From the NCBI GenBank assembly GCA_013239625.1, contig MU054220.1:620026-683718 (forward strand): a DNA stretch of 63,693 nt. The letters run 5' to 3'. This DNA comes from Lama guanicoe (lineage: Eukaryota). How positions within the stretch are numbered: the first letter of the stretch is position 1; the number at the start of each line of letters is the position of its first letter. Shown here in pieces: positions 1 to 12,832 of this stretch. A program made the translations under genes and the position numbers. Under the pieces are notes generated by a model, which was not told where the DNA came from, did no database searches, and saw only the letters and a list, made by a program, of their open reading frames with translations.

Positions 1-930
1 TACAACAATCCAATCCAGTCAGAAGTACGAGCGGCCCAGACTTCTCAGCAGTGAAGGTCTGTGCCACCCCACCAGGTAAAGGTCTCTGGACGGCTTCTGC
101 TCCCTGAAGGCACAGAGAACACAAAATGAGTGACACAAGAAACTCACTGTAACGCCATGAAGCCAGTCACAGAATTGAAAACGGTAACTGTTGTAAGTCC
201 TTTCTATTTATGAACTTGTTGTTGTGTTTGTATATGTTATATATACAATATCTTTGCTTTCTTCTTTCTGTTATTACTTTATTGTGTAACATAAGATACG
301 TTGACTTTCTACCATAGCATTTCAGTTATAGAACACCAGGACTTTACCTCCCAAAGATTCTCCTCCCCTTTTGGGAAGAACTTGGTACAGTTCTATTTGT
401 ACACAGGGGAGTTGTGCCATGTTAGGTAGAATTCAGACCTGAACACAGTCCTTATTTGGAGACTAAGTATAGTTTAAGGAGAAGCATCTTGTTCTGGGCT
501 GTGTCTACCAGGCTTTTCTGGATGGCATTCACATTTAAATTGGTAGAGTGAGTAAAAAGCCAGATGCCTTCTTCACTGTGGGAGGTCCTCGTTCTACCCA
601 TCCATTTAATCAAACCTTAAAAAAAAGCCTTTAAAAAAAAAAACCTTAAAAAGGCTGAAATTCCCAGAATATGAGGGGTTTTTTCAGCCTCTGAGCCTTC
701 ATATTGAAACACCAGCCTTTCCTGTCTGAAGGCCTGCATGCTGGCACATTAGCTCTTCCTGACTCTGCAGTAGCCTTCTGCCTGTGGTCCTGACGAGGAC
801 TGATCCTCACTAGTTTACAGCAGTTTCAGTCCTTGAGGTTCAAAGTGGAAATTGTCTCTGCAGATGTTGCATTTGCCAAATTTCATAATCACAAGATCCA
901 AATACTTACAGTAAACCTCTTCATATATAT
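1..930 (+). mobile_element. ERVL internal 3' end plus MLT2-type LTR remnant, paralogous to 27480-30735
   Basis: Co-linear by eye with 27480-27750 and 29933-30735 (e.g. ttatttggagactaagtatagtttaa vs ttatttggagattaactatggtttaa; ctgcatgctggcac; cactagtttacagcagtttc). This copy lacks the PPT/LTR-start segment after ~484. Confidence 0.75.
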
Positions 931-949
931 GCTATTGATACTGAAAGAT

Positions 950-2170
950 AACACACTTTCATGGACTGGAAAACTTAATTGTGTTAAGAACTCAGTAATA
1001 CCTAAGAAAATACAGATCCAGTCCAGTCCCTGTCAAACCCCCAATAACACTTTTTGCACATATGGAAAACTCATTTAAAACATCCATATGGGATCACAAC
1101 AGACACCACAGCCAATATAAAATTGGAAATTTAAACAAAGTTAGCAGTATTACCCTTTCTGGATTTAAAATCTACTGTAGAGCTACACTAATTAAAACTG
1201 TTGGCACAGGCCTCTAGAGCAATAGAATAGATTAGACAGTCCAGAAGAAAAATCACCTGAATGGTAAAAAGACTTTGTACAAGGTTGCCAAGACCATCCA
1301 ATAAGGAGAGGACAGTTTTTTTTTTTTAACACATGGAATTGGCAAACCTGGACGTCCACATGGAAAAGAATGAAAGTGGACCTTCAACTTATACCCTATA
1401 CACAGTACACTCAAATGTATCAAAGACCTTAACAGAAGAGCTAAAACATTATATGCTTAGAAAAATTAAAGAAGAAAATACTCAAGATATTAAATTGGGC
1501 AATAAGTTTTTGAATAACATAAAAAAGGCAAAAGAAGAAAAATCAGGTAAATTGGACCACATCAAAATTTAAAACTTTGATGCATTAAATGACACTATCA
1601 ACAGAGAGAAAAGGTAATCCACACAATGAGAGATAAGAAATACATAATTGATAAGCTATTAACATCTAGAATATACTAAGAATTTCTACAACTCAATAGC
1701 AAAAAATAACCCAATTAATAAATGGAAAAATAACTGGAATAGACATTTTTCCAAAGAAGATATACAAATGGCCAATAAGTATATGAAAGATGTAAAGACG
1801 CCCAACATTGTTAATTACAATTGTGCACTGTTTGTGGGCATGAAAAATGGTGCTGCTCTGAAACACAATATGACACTCCTCAAAAAGTTAAAAATATAAT
1901 TACCATATGATCTAGCTTTTCCTCTTTGGGGTATATACTTAAAGAGAATTGAAAGCAGAACACAAAAGGATATTTGAACCATGTTCATAGCATTATTATT
2001 CAGAAGAGCCAAAATATTTAAGCAATCTACTTACCCATCAACACATGAATAGATAAACAAGATGCAGTATACATTCAATACAATATTATTCAACATTATA
2101 AAGGAACGTGTTTCTGACTAATGCTGCAACAGATAAATTGTGAGGGCATGTTAGATAAGATAAGCCATGT
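950..2170 (+). mobile_element. Old degenerate L1 ORF2 3' portion
   Basis: L1 phrases aatagacatttttccaaagaagatatacaaatggccaataag, ccatgttcatagcattattattc, taccatatgatctagc; many stops. Confidence 0.8.
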
Positions 2171-2189
2171 ATGTTTCATCAAATGTATA

Positions 2190-3054
2190 TTTTATAACAA
2201 GTTTATATTTATAGGTAAGTTGTAAAGGTAATACAGGGTTTCCATATACTCTACATTCAGATTCCCCCATTTTCATCCTATATGAGTAGGGTACTTTTGT
2301 TACAACTAATTAACTGCCACTATTACATTAATTTTAACGAAGATCCATACATTAACCAGACTAATTTGTTTTTACTGATGCCATATTTCTCCTCAAAAAT
2401 CTGATTCAGGAAACCATATTACTTCAGTTGTCAAGTTTCCTTCAGCTCCTCCAGACAGTGACAGTTTCTCTGCTATTTCTTGTTTTGAATGACCTTGATA
2501 GTATTGAGAAAGGCTATTCAGAAATTTGATGTAAAAGCCTTCCATTGGGTTTGTCTGATATTTTACTCAGGGTTAGACCAAGGTTATGGGTTATTTCATG
2601 AAAGATCACAGAGATAAAGTGCCATTTTCATCACATCATATCACTGGATAGATTCGTTCAATGTGACTTATCAATCTTTAAGTTAACTTTGATCACCTGA
2701 CTTGGGTAGTGTCATATTGCTTCCCCGTAAATTTACTCTTTCCCCTCATCCCACAGTGTTCTCTTTGAAAGGAAGCACCTTAAGTGTGTGCACAGCTCAC
2801 ACTTTGGTGTTGGAGAGTTTGAGGACAGAGTATGTATATAAATCATTTGGAATTATGTCTATTCTCCCCTATGCATCTAGTACTTTATTCAATTATTTAT
2901 ATCATTATAACTCATGGATACTTATTTTGTAATTTGAGTTATATTTCAATTCTATGTTATTTCCTATGTTGCTGAATTATTGTCCAGTGTTGGGCACTGG
3001 GGGCTCTTTCAGTTGGGTTATCTGTCCCTTTGGCATATCCTCATCACTGTGTGA

Positions 3055-3089
<35 letters not shown>

Positions 3090-3260
3090 TGTGTGTGTGT
3101 GTTTGTGTGTTTTAGCACTTTCTTACTTTCTAGCCCTACAAGATGCTCTACTTCATTTTTACCTTCTCTGCCCCAGACTTAGAATTAGCCATTCTTTCAA
3201 GAAGCTCTGATCTACTGTTTGGAGAATGATATTAGTAATCAAGACTTCGATACTAGAAGA
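2190..3260 (-). mobile_element. Old L1M (L1MC/ME-like) 3' UTR relic, paralogous to 50370-51300
   Basis: Shared motifs with 50370-51300 (gttaactttgatcacctg, ccccagacttagaattagccatt); resembles antisense old L1 3' UTR. Confidence 0.6.
3048..3110. repeat. Interrupted (TG)n microsatellite
   Basis: Read directly. Confidence 0.95.
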
Positions 3261-3389
3261 CCATCTTTGTTTTCATTATAGCCAAAGATGTCATTTATGA
3301 TCCATATAAACATCTTTAATTGCAAGTATGTCATGTTTATTCATAATGTAATAAGACAAATTGAAAATTAAGTTCTATATCACATGTGG

Positions 3390-3764
3390 CTCATGTCTCT
3401 TAATTGGAAGCCAAGGGACACATTAGGGAATGATCTTCTCCAGAATTCGGTATTTTGCATCATTCATGTGTAAATAGTCCTCCAGGGAAGGCAAAAGAGT
3501 TGCACTTCCCCAGTCAAAAGCTTGTGTGGATTTCAGAAAGTGTGGGATGAATCTGGGATCCACTTAATCTGTCTTCAGGCATGAAGCTGGGAGCCTACAC
3601 CCCCTTGTGAGATAAAGAAATCCTGGTTCCAGATAAACAGAATGTTAGGATATTTCTGTTGCTGTTGTTCTCATTTGAGTAACGAGTGTTCAAATTGTCT
3701 TGGGAAGAAAAGAGGGTAAGTGAACATCTGAATCTCTACATGAACGTCTACACAGCTGGTAAGA
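3390..3764 (+). promoter_or_regulatory. Candidate promoter / non-coding first exon of OR4C11-like copy 1
   Basis: TAATTG homeodomain-like site (~3401), O/E-like tccagggaag (3481), taaatag, donor ctg|gtaaga at 3759; all have counterparts at 51430-51711. Confidence 0.5.
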
Positions 3765-5749
3765 TTTGTATTGGAGATTAACTTAGTCTTACGTAACACT
3801 CGGAGAAAGTGATTGTGACCAGTGTCGCTGTGGGTGTCCAACACATGCAGCTCAGCTGTGGAAGGACTGAAAGTTTAGGACATTTCAGGTGCGTTCTACA
3901 TTCCAGAGTGACATGATGGATATACAGGACATGCACAGTAGCTTCTGATGACAATGAGCCCTGCTAGGAGAGAGGTGGCGGAATCCAGGATACGAGAGGT
4001 AAGCAAACAGAAATTATATCTGCTTAAGAGTTTCAGGATGTGCTCCAGGGACATGATGATTTGGTTTGGATATAGTTTCCCTTTTTCTCAGTGTCACTGA
4101 GTGTAGCACAGTGCAAAACATTATTAGATTTAGTCTACAGGATATGTTCTTAATCCTTTCATTCCTTCAACAAATATTTGTTAAGTACCTACTATTGTCT
4201 AGACGCTCCAGTTCACTGGTTTATGGACAAAAAATCGGATCCTTTTGCTGCTTCATTTTAATATATCATTTGTATATATGTAATTCTAATATGTGAATAT
4301 CTCTATATCTACATTGGTATATAGATACAAATATGTTATGTGAATTATACATATTGCCTATATACCTATCTCTATAAATATACATAGAGATAAGGAGACA
4401 TCTATATAATATTCTTAACAGATATATACTGTAAACAATTTTCTAGTGTTTGCTGAAGAGCTTTGACCAGGGTATATTTGGAAAAATATCCTGAAAGCCA
4501 CCAAATCTTTTATTAAAGCTAATGTGCAGCTGTACAATGTGATGAAACAGCCCAAGTTTCATAACTAACCCTATAGTTGACAAAACATCTTACTTGTGCA
4601 CCTGACTCTTACCAGTCACCAAAAAATATCACTGTCCTTCCTGCATATGTCAGAACACAGCTGCTATGGCTCAGGCATATGCCAGGATAAGTAACAGTCC
4701 AGCACCAAGGACAGAGTATCAAAAGCTTTCATATTTTAACACGACACATGATAGTGATCTTTCAAATTTTACCAAAGAACGTATCTTAAAAATTTGGTAT
4801 GGCTTGTATCTCTGATACCAAGCGTGCAGCTTTTTCACACAGAGTGCAATACATTTTTTTTTGGCATTTGTATAAATACAATTTATTTATATATGAATGT
4901 GTATGTGTGTGATGACATGTATTATCCAGATTTTAAGTAACACTTAACCGGCTGGCATACAATGCTGTCTTATTTTTCAGCTTAAAATATACTTTAGAGA
5001 CCACTGCATATCTTCCTTGTTTTAACCAATAGCTTAACCAATCTGTGGTATCAATATAGGTACCATCCTTTATTTATTCAGCTGTCTTCACATGTATTTT
5101 AAGTCTGTTCTGATCTTTTGCTACCAGAGAAAGGGTTTGATGATAGTCTTTCTTCTGTAGGAAATGAAATCACTAGACCCATGTATATGTGCAGTTGTAA
5201 TATTACACATGTTGAAAATTACCCCTTAAGAGCGTTCACCCACTTAGATACCCACAAAAATGAATGAGACTGACTGTTACCCACAAGTCGTCAGAACTTT
5301 AGTTCAACAGGCTTGCATCATAAATATTACTGTATTAAAATGGTAAGATGAAAAGGTTCTCAAATTGGACATTTATATGCATAGATTTAACTGTGAATGA
5401 AATTCAGCATCTTTTCATATGCTTAATTATATTTAATAAGGAGTACAGTTGCTTTTAAAATTCATTATTCAGCCCATTGTTTATTTTACTGTATTTTTCT
5501 AAGATTAACAAGTAGAATCCATCTAAACTTAAAAATTACGCTTTTGTCTGGCATGTGAGTTGGAAATATACTTTACCATGTGGCACTTATAAATTGTTAT
5601 TAACTATGCTACTATATGAAGAATACATAAAACAGTTTGTCCAATATTTGGCATATAGCTAGATATGAATAAATATTGTCATTTTATTTTTTTCTTTTCT
5701 CTTTGGCAGATTTTTACTAACCAGTGCTTTCCCTTAATCAAGTGAAAAA

Positions 5750-6682
5750 ATGCAGCAAAACAGCACTGGAACTGAGTTCATACTGTTAGGATTGACACAG
5801 GATCCTGAGAGGCAGAAGATGGTGTTTGTAATCATCTTTATTTTCTATGTGGGAACCTTGGTGGGGAATTTGCTTATTATTGTGACCATCAAGTCCAGCC
5901 GGACCCTTGGGAGCCCCATGTACTTCTTCCTATTTTATTTGTCCTTGGCTGATACCTGCTTTTCAACTTCAATAGCCCCCAGACTAATTGTGGATGCCCT
6001 GTCTGCCAAAAAAATCATATCTTACAGTGAGTGCATGACCCAAGTCTTTGCACTGCATTTCTTTGGCTGCATGGAAGTCTTTGTTCTCATCCTCATGGCC
6101 ATGGATCGCTACGTGGCCATCTGCAAGCCCCTAAATTATCTGACCATCATGAGCCAGCAAGTCTGCGTCATCTTGATTGTTCTTGCATGGATAGGGTCTT
6201 TTATACATTCCATGGCTCAGATTATCCTGGCCTTGAGACTGCATTTCTGTGGACCCAATCTGATTGATCACTATTGCTGTGACTTGCAGCCTTTGTTAAA
6301 ACTTGCCTGCATGGACACCTACGTGATCAATCTGCTGTTGGTGACTAACAGCGGGGCCATCTGCTTAAGCACTTTAGTAATTCTGATGATCTCATACATT
6401 GTTATCTTGCATTCTCTGCGAAACCACAGTGCAGAAGGGAGGAAGAAAGCTCTCTCCACTTGCACTTCCCACGTCATCGTAGTTGTCTTAACTTTTGGTC
6501 CATGCATATTTATATACACACGCCCCCCAACCACTTTCCCCGTGGACAAAATGGTGGAAGTAGTTTATACGATTGTAACACCTTTCCTCAATCCAATCAT
6601 CTATACACTAAGGAATGGAGAAGTGAAAAATGCCATGAGAAAGTTATGGCATGTCAAAATTACCTCAGAAAGCAAAAGATGA
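5750..6682 (+). CDS. OR4C11: Olfactory receptor family 4, OR4C11-like, intact (310 aa)
   Basis: Single-exon 7TM ORF with [41 protein letters not shown]-glycosylation site NST; acceptor tttggcag at 5708-5709. Resembles human OR4C11 from memory; one-to-one orthology not established. Confidence 0.93.
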   Translation: MQQNSTGTEFILLGLTQDPERQKMVFVIIFIFYVGTLVGNLLIIVTIKSSRTLGSPMYFFLFYLSLADTCFSTSIAPRLIVDALSAKKIISYSECMTQVFALHFFGCMEVFVLILMAMDRYVAICKPLNYLTIMSQQVCVILIVLAWIGSFIHSMAQIILALRLHFCGPNLIDHYCCDLQPLLKLACMDTYVINLLLVTNSGAICLSTLVILMISYIVILHSLRNHSAEGRKKALSTCTSHVIVVVLTFGPCIFIYTRPPTTFPVDKMVEVVYTIVTPFLNPIIYTLRNGEVKNAMRKLWHVKITSESKR

Positions 6683-6930
6683 ATTAAGGGATTTTTATTA
6701 GTTATGAGTCATTATTTGACTGCATCTATACAGATATCATATATGATAAAGTGTGACTATTGTGGAAATAACATAAATCAAATATAAAAATGTGAGTTTT
6801 TTTTTTTTGAGTTCACATGCAAGATGAATTCCAAGTCTTCTCACTTTTCAGTGGACCAAACTTACCAATTTTAACCATGTTCTCCTGTCAAAGTTTACTT
6901 TGAAATAAATTTAGTAAAATAACATGAACC

Positions 6931-7794
6931 TTTTTTCTTACTCTACATTGACTCTTTTGTTTTATTTTGGGGATTTTTTTTTATTAAAGTATAGTCAGTT
7001 ACAATGTATCAATCTCTGGTGTACAGCACAATGTCCCAGTCATACATATACATACATATATTTTTGCTTTCATATTCTTTTTCATTAAAGGTTATTACAA
7101 GATATTGAATATAGTTCCCTGTGCTGTACAAAAGAAATCTGTTTTTTAATCTGTTTTTATATATAGTGGTTAACATTTGAAAATCCCAAACTCTCAAATT
7201 TATCCCTTCCCACCCCCTTTCCCCTGGTAACCATAAGATTGTTCACTGTGTCTGTGAGTGTGTTTCTGTTCTGTAAGTGAATTAGTGACCTCACACCAGT
7301 TAGAACGACTATCATTAAAAAGCCTTCAAGTGATAAACGCTGAGAGGGTGCAGACAAAAGGGAATCCTCCAACACTGTTGGTGGGAATGTAGTTTGGTGT
7401 ACCCATTATGGAAAACAATAGGGAGATTCCTCAAAAAACTAAAAATAGACTTAACATGTGACCCAGCAATCCCACTATATATATCTGGGTATATATCTGG
7501 AGGGAACTCTAATGTGAAAAGGTACATGCACCCCAATGTTCATAGCAGCACTATTTACAATGGAAAAAATTTAAATGTCCATTGACAGATGACTAGATAA
7601 AGAAGTTATGGTATATATATATAAAATGGAATACTTCTTAGCCATCAAAAAAGAATAAAATGCCATTTGCAGCAACATGGATGGACCTGGAGAACTTCAT
7701 TGTAAGTGAAGTAAGCCAGAAAGAGAAAGAAAAATACCATATGACATCACTCATATGTAAAATCTAAAGTTTAAAAAAAAGGACACTAATGAAC
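6931..7794 (-). mobile_element. 5'-inverted (twin-primed) truncated L1
   Basis: T-rich tail and antisense L1 3' UTR to ~7287, then sense ORF2-end segment 7288-7794; degenerate flanking repeat aacatgaacctttttt / aacgtgagctttttt; absent in the paralogue near 56770. Confidence 0.8.
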
Positions 7795-7988
7795 GTGAGC
7801 TTTTTTGATCTCATTTAGTTTTCCTTTTTGGGGACATTACAAAGTTTAGTATCTACACTGATCTCTCAAAACCGGCATGCCATTCAGGAGAAGGACCATA
7901 TATATATATATATAAATGAGAATGGAAATATCATGATTTCATCACAAACTCATCTAATCTAAACCTCCCTAACACCAGCACACACCCT

Positions 7989-7991
<3 letters not shown>

Positions 7992-8020
<29 letters not shown>
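7992..8020. repeat. (CA)n microsatellite, homologous to 56940-57007
   Basis: Read directly; flanks align between the two OR4C11-like units. Confidence 0.9.
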
Positions 8021-8674
8021 TTCATGGTTATTTGCATTTCAGAAGAATGAATGAATAAATGAATGAATAAAGGTAAGAGGCACAGAAGAAAATAAAATAG
8101 ATTAAACTTGCAGATGCAAAAATAAAGTTAAATAATAGAATAAGAACTTACACAAGGAAGGAAACAGATTTTATGTGGTTGAAAATACTTACAGTCAAAT
8201 TAAAACTGGGAAAATGATACCATTTTTAAATAATTTTTGGAACATGGTAGATACGCAACATATAATTTTGAAGTGATCACCTTCCCTCAGAAGTGACTGA
8301 CCTAAAGGAGCAACTATCAATTCTAATTTTTCTTTCATTTATGGAGAAGTAAAAAGCTCACTAGGTGTCCAGTGCTTTCTTCTCATCATGCTTTAGACTC
8401 AAAAAATGGTACAAAGTTGGGTATGTCTATTCAAAATGTACAAATAGCAAATCTGAAGTTCAGAGAAGTGAACAAGTCCTTGAGGTTGCTCTGCCAAGAA
8501 GTACCAGAACCTAAGTTTTAAACCAGCCCCATATGCCTCCCACGTCAGTAATAAATGCCTCCAGCCTACTTTATCCCTTTATTCAACCATCTGCAACGTG
8601 GACTGAAACACAGGAGACATTAGGAATGATGTAATGTTCATGAACTCTGCTTATTCCAGGTTCAAGGTAGGTGG

Positions 8675-8870
8675 TGGAATATAGTGATTAAGGGTATGAA
8701 CTCTGGACTCAGACTGAATGCATCTAAATCCTGACTCTACAACCTTATAGCCTTGTAACTTCAGGAAAGACAGATAAAAACCTGGGCCTTGATGTTTGTC
8801 TGTAAAATGGAAATGAAAACAACGCCTATTTTATTGGCTTGCTATGAGGATTAAATAAGATGGTAAACGA
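8675..8870 (+). mobile_element. MIR SINE relic
   Basis: ctctggactcagactg...aatcctgactctac...tctgtaaaatgg...tgaggattaaataaga follows the MIR core pattern. Confidence 0.7.
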
Positions 8871-9224
8871 AACAAACTTTGAATAGACAAGAAAATCTGG
8901 TATGTGCTATTTTCACCATAAAATGGATTTTAAAAAATATTTACTAAAAATTCTATTTTGTAATTAATGGACAGTGTATATGTTTACCAACAAGATTTTT
9001 ATTTTATTCAGAGGATGCAATTCATAATTATAATGGCAGGTAAATTTTAACTGAAGATGTTTTACTAGGATTAAATAGAAACCTAAGAGATTGTCAAAGA
9101 TACTGACATTAAGTAAGAAAGAAAAGAGACTTTAGGGAACAGATTCTAGGCTCCTTATCTTTGGTGTTGTCAGCTTTAAGAATGACATAAGGTGGAATCC
9201 GAATAAATACCCCCCAAATAAAAG

Positions 9225-9615
9225 AAAAGTCAAAGTCATAGAAATAGAAAGTGGAAAACTGACTGCTAGAGCCTGGGGTAGTGAGAGAAATAAGAAGACA
9301 TTGGTAAAACACTATAAACTTTCAGTTATAAGGTGAATCATTTTTGAGGAGCTAATGTAAAACATGGTGACTACAGTTGAAAACATGGTGACTGTAGTGT
9401 ATAACTGAAATTTGGTAAGAGAGTAGAATTTAAATGTTCTTGCAAGAAAACAATAAAAAAAAAGAAAAATACATGAGGTGATGGATGTGTTAATTAACCA
9501 GATGAGAGCGAATCCTTTCACAATTTATATGCTATATTAAATATTAAGTCACCACAATGTACTCCTTAAATATTTTACAATGTTTATGTTAATTATACCT
9601 CAATAAATCTGAAAA
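9225..9615 (+). mobile_element. L1MA-like 3' UTR fragment
   Basis: gtcaaagtcatagaaatagaaagt...catggtgactacagtt...ttatacctcaataaa. Confidence 0.7.
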
Positions 9616-12229
9616 TACATGTATGAATATATGAAATATATGATAATATACATATGCTCTATGTAAAGGAAAGTGGCAAACATATTTATCTGCTGTGAGC
9701 ATGTGAAAGGATTATTCAAACAGTGGGGCAGATGGGTATCAATTCAGAATGACACCTAACGTGTAATTGAGGTTGGAAAATGGAGAGATATGAGAGGCAG
9801 AAACTCCAACATAGCAGCGTCTCACCTGCAGCAGCGTATTCCTACAAAGCCTACCGCCCACTCATTTACTTCTCAATTCTGCATTTGTGCTGACTGCCAC
9901 ACTATAGTGGGCGAGACAGAAGACTGAGAGTTGAATTAAGGTCTCACAGCCTTGAGGAGCAAGAGTGAGAGAGAGAGACCACAGGTATTTTTAAGCAGTC
10001 TGTATCTAATGGTCACTGAGACGTCCAAATTATTATTCAGTCATTTTCATCACCTTAAATATTGGATTAGAGTGCACAATTACAAAATCAGGATCTAAAT
10101 GATGAAAGAGGTAAAAAGTCACACTCATTAATCAGTGCTTACTTTATTGTGTAATACTATAATTATAAATGTAACTTTGAGTAGTAGTCAGTTATCCGGG
10201 AAGAAATATATATGCTATATTAACATGGAAGAATTTTTCTCTTATATTCTTCAGTGTGATAAATGAATAATCTATTCAGTCCTTCATTCAGACTTTTAAA
10301 ATATGTTTAAACTGAATTTATAGCCATGCTGAAAAACGTACATTAATATCAAGCTGGAAGATTAATTTACTGTAGACTAAACACCGTAACGATGGCTTAC
10401 AGAAAAATTGTAGCAATAAATCTCACTTTAAGAGAGGTGCTGATTGAAACTATGTGTTGCTTTTACTAGAATGAGATTCAACTATTTCCTACTGAAGAGG
10501 GATTCATCAATTTTGTTAAAGAGCTTTCTTTTCTATATGCCAATAACTTCAATATGTAACTCAGTAAACGGAATTAATTTCTCCCCTTCTAAACTACTTG
10601 AGAACATTGAGCGTTAGCTAACTCTGTGAGTCTCACTGGCACCTGTGTAGAATCCGTGTATTATTACCTAATTCAGAAATATAATGAGGAAAATGTGACA
10701 TTCTACAGTGTCATACATGGTTTACGCCAAGTTAGTTTTTTTTTAACTTTTGGTACTTTTCAAGTGAACAGTTTCTGTAATTGCCATGCACATATACATA
10801 ACCAAGTCTGAAGAAGAAATAAAGGAAGAAATAACAATATATATATTGTGAGGTATCTGGGATAAATTTCAGTTCCGTCAAATGCTTAGTTTAAAAATAA
10901 ATTACTCTGAGAGGTTATTTTTTAACACAAATCACTCGCCTGAGCTTTTCCTACACTATGAAAATACAGTCAAATTATCACTTTATATTTTGGTAGCATT
11001 GCATAAAACTTCTTTGTTTTCCTTTGCCTCTGCTGTCATAACAATAAGCACACTTGCTCTAGTAGTTGACACAGAGTCGTTATTACAGTTAAAACCTTAT
11101 CCTGGTGGTATCAGAATATGGTCTGCTATAAAATTACCTTAATTGAATCAGATGAATCAAGCCCATATTAAAATGGCAAGGTTTTTTACAGTTAGGAAAT
11201 GTCTCATCATTGGAGATATTCAAGTATAAAGTAAGCTATTTAGAAAAGATGGAGAAAAATATGAGGGAAAGGGAGAATAAGAATATGAAGAAATATATGA
11301 GAGAATAAAAAATGGGAGTCAATAAAATTCACCGCAATTCAAGATCTCATTAAATTTGTTCTCAACCGGAATTCTGCTTGCGAATAATGTACAACAAAAC
11401 TAAAGCTAGTGGTATCTTGGCAACTGTAAATACTGCTGCTATGATCCATATCTATATATGGATATATATACACACAAATACTTACAGAATACATAAATTT
11501 TATGAATAAACTTCTATATATGATATATTTTACATTCATTTTATATATATAGCACATATATGACAAAATACCTATACCAGAATATATTAAAAGCCCTTAA
11601 AACTTATTAGAAACCAGGACTTTTATTTTTTTAATTGTGCAAAGAATTTGAAAAGAAACTTCCAGAAAAAAGAACATACACAAATGGCCAGTAACAGCTT
11701 TTTTTTTATGTTCAACATCATTAGGGGAAACAAACGAAAAATCTCAATAAATAATCACTGCATACCTCCTAGAATGACTAAAAGAAAAATGACACTAAGT
11801 GACAAGAATGTGGAACAATTCTTGTGTGTGAATTTAGAACCCTCTTCTTGTGCTTTAGACATCCCTCCACATTTTTAATGCTGCCTAGTGTTCCAAGATG
11901 ACCACCACATGAGCCCCAGTGATAACTCATCTGAAGCCTTTGAGAGTTTCTGATTACTTTCATAGCCCATGATAAGTGGGAAAAACAGGTTTGGGGATTA
12001 AGTACTGCAAAACTGCAGCCATTTATTCTTTGCCCTCAATGCTTGGGCTCTCAGGTACTGGATACAAGGTTTCCAGAAAAGGTTTAATATGGATAAGACA
12101 GAAGTTCTCTCTTTTGACGTGAATCCACAGTTTACCAGTATCACAGGTCCCTCACTGGAATGACGCCATCATTACTCACATGACAGAAACACAGATTCAG
12201 ATAAAGGGGACTCGTATGATTTCTTTGTA

Positions 12230-12832
12230 AATGCAGGGAATACAATTCCCCACTCAAAGAATGAATGTTTCTCAAACGTCTCTCCAGAATACTCGTTTCT
12301 AAAACAAAGACTTTCCGTCAAAGGAGATAATTAGTTCCTGGGAGAGAAAATAGAAGCTACAGGACAATGTCCTTGAATTTTTCTGAAAACCTCTTTAGAC
12401 ACCAATGCGTTGTAGGTGAAACTGTCTCTATTTTTCTGCTGTTTACATCTAAAGACTAAGAATCCACTCATGGAAGGTGGAATGAACCATTTGAATGCGT
12501 CTCCACCACACATCTTGCCTCCTGCTTGGGACCAGAGCCATCCACAGAGGATCATTCCTCCACAGTGTTCCAAGTGAATGCATTCTAAATTCACTTCCAG
12601 GATATTCTGTCAAAGCGTTTTGAGGCTTTAGACTAGAAGGAATGATCTAGATTTATAAAAAGAACTACTTATCTTCTATCGACTTGATACTGAATTGTCT
12701 GAATAGTCTCCTTCGGACTGTGTCATGTATTTCACACTGATAGTTACTTATCCTAAGAGGTCAATTTGAATATGGGATTATTTCTGAACACTCCCAAATA
12801 TCAGTAAGATCACTTGAGACAGGAAGGTAAGT
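12230..12832 (+). promoter_or_regulatory. Candidate promoter / non-coding first exon of OR4C46-like copy 1
   Basis: Conserved aatacaattccccactcaa, TAATTA (12328) next to O/E-like TTCCTGGGAG (12335), strong donor aag|gtaagt at 12827; retained in copies 2 and 3. Confidence 0.55.
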
